A DNA stretch of 30,066 nt from contig CABMCB010000085.1 of assembly GCA_902384455.1 (NCBI GenBank), forward strand, positions 1 to 30,066, read 5' to 3'. Position numbers and translations under genes: made by a program. The notes beneath the pieces were generated by a model. It had not been told where the DNA came from and did not search any database. It saw nothing but the letters and a program-made list of their open reading frames with translations. The first letter of the stretch is position 1, and the number at the start of each line of letters is the position of its first letter. Shown one piece after another: positions 26,707-30,066 of the stretch. Source of the stretch: an uncultured archaeon. Its GTDB lineage: Archaea; Altiarchaeota; Altiarchaeia; IMC4; SCGC-AAA252-I15.

Positions 26707-27516
26707 CTACTTCCTCCTAAAGTAATGTTTTACTCCCGTTTTATCCCTATGGTATACGCCAAATTCGGTGCCCACCAAATCATTGGCATCAAACACAGGC
26801 CCATCAGCGCACACCCTAAGGCCGCTGGGGTCGAGTGTGCATTGTCCGCAGAATCCTGTTGCGCATGTCATGATGCGTTCGAGAGATAGTTGTGTTGGGA
26901 TGTTCATTGAGAGTCCTATGTCCATTATTGCGTTCATCATTGGTTCTGGTCCGCATGCGGCGATGTTTTTCGCCTTGGTTTTTGTGAGTGTTTCTTCGAG
27001 TATCAGGTGGGGGAAGGTTTTGGTTCCTTCGCTTCCGTCGTCTGTTGTTATGATGATGTTGGCGTGTTTTTTGAGTTCCTTTTTGAAGCAGAGTTCCTTG
27101 GATGTTTTGGCGCCCAATATGACGGTTACGTCTCCTTTCCACGCTTTGGTAAGCGGCAGAAGTGGGGTTACTCCTATTCCTCCCGCGACAAAAACGGCAG
27201 GCCCCCGTCCGATTTTAAACCCTTTTCCGTATGGCCCCCGTACTCCGACCAAGTCGCCTTTCTTTAACGCAAAAAGTTTTTTGGTGTATTCTCCGCCGTA
27301 AGACTTCACTGTGAAAGAGACATCCCCTTTGACGTTGCTAAAGCTCATTGGGCGTTCGTCAACTGCTGGAACAAGAAGCATTCCGAACTGGCCGGGCTGC
27401 GCTTTCATCTGGCAGTCCAGGATGAACGTCTTTACGTTGGCGCACTCGTTGACGACTTTTTTTATTGTGACCGGACGGGTTTCTGCAACGCCGTAAGGGC
27501 GACTGAACTCCTTCAT
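26707..27516 (-). CDS. pyrK: Dihydroorotate dehydrogenase electron transfer subunit
   Basis: PGQF, RPMS, GPYGKGF, AGGIGVTP, ACGPEPMM, and 2Fe-2S motif CATGFCGQC...VCADGPVF. Confidence 0.93.
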   Translation of the reverse strand: MKEFSRPYGVAETRPVTIKKVVNECANVKTFILDCQMKAQPGQFGMLLVPAVDERPMSFSNVKGDVSFTVKSYGGEYTKKLFALKKGDLVGVRGPYGKGFKIGRGPAVFVAGGIGVTPLLPLTKAWKGDVTVILGAKTSKELCFKKELKKHANIIITTDDGSEGTKTFPHLILEETLTKTKAKNIAACGPEPMMNAIMDIGLSMNIPTQLSLERIMTCATGFCGQCTLDPSGLRVCADGPVFDANDLVGTEFGVYHRDKTGVKHYFRRK

Positions 27517-28442
27517 TTCTTCCCTCCGTGAGCGGCGCCAGTAAGCTCCTTAACTTTAGAGTACCCGTTTTCCTTCATAAACGACGTAAGCTCCTTAGAA
27601 ATCAATTTAAAGCAGTCTACCCCCCGAAGATAAACAGCCGTCCCAACTCCGACAGCGCTTGCGCCAGCCATAAGCATCTCCACCGCATCAAGCCCCGGCG
27701 TTACGCCGCCAGTTCCTATAATCGGTATTGAAACCGACTCATAGACATCCCACACGCACCTTACCGCAACCGGCTTAAGCGCAGGACCAGACAACCCCCC
27801 AGGCCCATAACCCAACACAGGCCTCTTAAGAACAGGGTCAATGCGCAGCCCCGGACCCAAAGTGTTTCCCATGTTTATCGCGTCGGCGCCCGCATCCTGC
27901 GCGGCCTTCGCCACCTTACCCAGTTCCTGGGTGTTAGGCGAGAGTTTCACTATTAGCGGTAGTTTGACGGCGTCCCTCACTTTGGACGTGATTTCATGCG
28001 TGGCCTCTGGAGTGGAGTGTCCCGCAAGAAGTCCGTATCCTGGCGTGTGAGGGCACGACAGCACAACCTCTACTGCAGAAAATCCGAGGCCGCTCATCTT
28101 TTTCGCAAGGTAGGCGAAGTCTTTAGCGTCAGTGCCGACGACGTTTGCGATAACAGGCACGGAAACCCTCTTGCCCACATCAGCATACTCTTCGACTGCG
28201 GCTTCGACTCCCATGTTGCTGTATCCTACTGCGTTAAGCAGCCCGTCGCCTACGTCCGCGACTATGGGGTTGGGGTGGCCTTTGCGGGGGTTTTTTGTGA
28301 TGCTCTTTATTGTGACTGCGCCTGCTCCTCCTTTTTCGGCGCGGGAAAGTGCGGCGACGTTTACTCCCATAATGCCGGAGGCGAGCACGGTAGGGTTGTT
28401 GAGCTTAAGACCCAAGAAGTCAGTTTCTAACTTAACCCCCAT
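27513..28442 (-). CDS. pyrD: Dihydroorotate dehydrogenase catalytic subunit (family 1B)
   Basis: NPTVLASG, LLNAVG, SCPH, VKLSPN, GGLSGPALKP, IIGTGGV. ATGA overlap with pyrK. Confidence 0.95.
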   Translation of the reverse strand: MGVKLETDFLGLKLNNPTVLASGIMGVNVAALSRAEKGGAGAVTIKSITKNPRKGHPNPIVADVGDGLLNAVGYSNMGVEAAVEEYADVGKRVSVPVIANVVGTDAKDFAYLAKKMSGLGFSAVEVVLSCPHTPGYGLLAGHSTPEATHEITSKVRDAVKLPLIVKLSPNTQELGKVAKAAQDAGADAINMGNTLGPGLRIDPVLKRPVLGYGPGGLSGPALKPVAVRCVWDVYESVSIPIIGTGGVTPGLDAVEMLMAGASAVGVGTAVYLRGVDCFKLISKELTSFMKENGYSKVKELTGAAHGGKK

Positions 28443-28535
28443 AGTGATGAAACTTGGGGGCGCATCTTAAAAAAAGGACTTAGAAACATGCGCAATCCAG
28501 TTGTCAACCACTTATAATACTGCCTCCAATAAGAT

Positions 28536-28904
28536 ATGGAAATTCAGGCAGTCTGTCTAAAAACAATGAAAATAAACGACTTGATTAAGCAGGGGACTCC
28601 TGACTTTGCGCGGTCGGAAAAAGTTCCTCCGGCGCGAAGAATCACTATAAACGAAGACTTCACTCATACCGCGGAAAACAGGATAATCGCACGCATCCTG
28701 CGCAGACTATCATACGACGACCAGATAACATTAACCGCGCTCACAAACGAAAACAACTCCAAGAAAACAGCGGAATTCCTGACAACAAAAATCCCGGACA
28801 CAGACTCAATAGTAAACCAAGAAGTAAACCTGCTTCGCCAAGAAACAGACCTGTCAGTCCAAATAACAGAAAAACAAAAAAAGGAATTCACCGAAGGTCC
28901 ATAA
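28536..28904 (+). CDS. Hypothetical protein (122 aa)
   Basis: ORF follows TATA-like TTATAA; stop lies 3 nt before the next ATG. No recognisable motif. Confidence 0.55.
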   Translation: MEIQAVCLKTMKINDLIKQGTPDFARSEKVPPARRITINEDFTHTAENRIIARILRRLSYDDQITLTALTNENNSKKTAEFLTTKIPDTDSIVNQEVNLLRQETDLSVQITEKQKKEFTEGP

Positions 28905-28907
28905 ACA

Positions 28908-30066
28908 ATGTCTTCTGACTTAGGCATTCCCGGAATCCCATCAACTTCGGCCGCCACCTTACCTCCTCAAGGTAAAGTTCCCTCTTCCGCAGACGCAAAT
29001 CAACCAGAAACTTGGCACAAAATAATCAGGCTCGAACGCCAAATGGACGACGGAAGCCTCGTGGAACTCATACGGTTCCCCGCGAAAAAAACCGATGAAC
29101 CAGACGTTTTCGAATACCGGTTCAAGGAAAACAAAAGCCCGACCGCCACAGTATACGCGGCAGTAGATACGCCGGAAGGCCCCAAGTACGCGTCAATGTG
29201 GGACGCCAAGACGTTCATGTTCATCTTGCTGCCTCAATACGCGTCTCAAGCCAAGCGGATACTTGATTCCATATCCGCATTCAAGAGAAACGAAGGCAGA
29301 CTGATGCGCGTCGAAGGAATTCCAGCGCCAGGTGAGGCCAAAAGGTGCGTCGTATTCATCCCCCAAAAAGAGGGGAAAATCAAAAACGTCTCATTTTTTG
29401 CGGTGGAACGGCACGTAAACAGCCATGAACTGGCCAGATTACGCTGCCTATACACCGACCTGGACGTTTCTCCCGGAAGCACAATGGGCGACGAACTGGC
29501 AAAAATAAAAAACGCCACAATAGCAGCAACCGCCGAAGAAGACTACTGGGACGCCTACAAACTTCACATCAGCGCGCGAATCCAAGAGCACCTTGTGGAA
29601 TGCCTCATGGACGACATAGACATTCAATCAAACGACGCTCAATCAAGGGTCATAGAACGACTGCTGCACGAAACAACGGAGGAAGCCGCAGTACAATTAG
29701 CCACTGAAGAAGAGAACAAAGAAATCAAGAAAGACGTAGAAACAGCAATCCGAAAATGGCTAAACACGATAGAAATAAAAGCATCAACCCCAACGCGGAC
29801 CCAGCCAGAAGCAAAATCCTCTAACCTCTCAATACAAATCCAAAAGGAAAAAACCACAGCCCTAACGCAAAAAATCCCGCCGCAGCAACAACCCACATAC
29901 CTCCCGATAGCCTCAATACTGGCCACAGCGACAACCAAAGAACCAGAAACACCTCCTGCGCCGCCAGTAGTCATCCAAACCGCGAAAAAGCCCGAAGAAC
30001 CACCCTCAACTCCAACACCACCGCCTGCTCCCGAAAAACAAATTCCTACGCCAGCGCAAACAATCG
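28908..30066 (+). CDS. Hypothetical protein, 3'-truncated by the window edge, with Pro/Thr-rich low-complexity region
   Basis: Frame is open from ATG 28908 (MSSDLGIPGIPSTS...WHKIIRLERQMDDG...) to the end (...EPETPPAPP...STPTPPPAPEKQIPTPAQT). Absent from the ORF track, presumably because it has no stop in the window. Confidence 0.75.
   Translation, partial: MSSDLGIPGIPSTSAATLPPQGKVPSSADANQPETWHKIIRLERQMDDGSLVELIRFPAKKTDEPDVFEYRFKENKSPTATVYAAVDTPEGPKYASMWDAKTFMFILLPQYASQAKRILDSISAFKRNEGRLMRVEGIPAPGEAKRCVVFIPQKEGKIKNVSFFAVERHVNSHELARLRCLYTDLDVSPGSTMGDELAKIKNATIAATAEEDYWDAYKLHISARIQEHLVECLMDDIDIQSNDAQSRVIERLLHETTEEAAVQLATEEENKEIKKDVETAIRKWLNTIEIKASTPTRTQPEAKSSNLSIQIQKEKTTALTQKIPPQQQPTYLPIASILATATTKEPETPPAPPVVIQTAKKPEEPPSTPTPPPAPEKQIPTPAQTI

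Noticed and set aside
5472-26709. Genome-wide TAG reassignment
   Set aside because: trpB2, argH and pyrK end at TAG at or near the expected C-termini, and readthrough of trpB2 would run antisense into aCPSF1. No conserved housekeeping gene here has an internal TAG.
1-30066. CRISPR arrays, tRNA/rRNA genes, IS elements, integrases
   Set aside because: None recognised by eye; intergenic spaces are short and lack regular repeats or cloverleaf motifs. tRNAscan-SE or Infernal would be needed to exclude them fully.

Overview
Archaeal chromosomal window, shown by psmB next to aCPSF1/FttA, an EndoQ-type PHP nuclease and TrpB2. The unassignable accessory genes and a Cys-rich surface protein suggest a DPANN-type lineage (inference only). 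Housekeeping content: SAM methyltransferase, endoQ, psmB, aCPSF1, trpB2, DJ-1/PfpI, argG, argH, a diverged glycerate kinase, and a pyrimidine cluster (HTH-ACT regulator, PyrR-like PRTase, CodA-like deaminase and DUF6282-like amidohydrolase, converging on pyrD-pyrK-pyrE-pyrF). Two accessory blocks interrupt this. (i) At 7.0-13.7 kb there are two 'large enzyme + translationally coupled small ORF' pairs: a ~1350-aa protein with three degenerate kinase-like modules, and an HExxH zinc metallopeptidase split by one in-frame TAG. (ii) At 15.0-18.5 kb there are a Cys-rich surface protein and a low-GC transglutaminase-like gene. The latter is followed by a cryptic copy of the Cys-rich protein's C-terminal anchor, reachable by a -1 shift at an A_AAA_AAG heptamer. 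Sharp A/C versus G/T synonymous-codon tracts also flip inside genes. I recognised no rRNA, tRNA, CRISPR array, transposase or reverse transcriptase. All family assignments come from motif recognition by eye, not from database searches.
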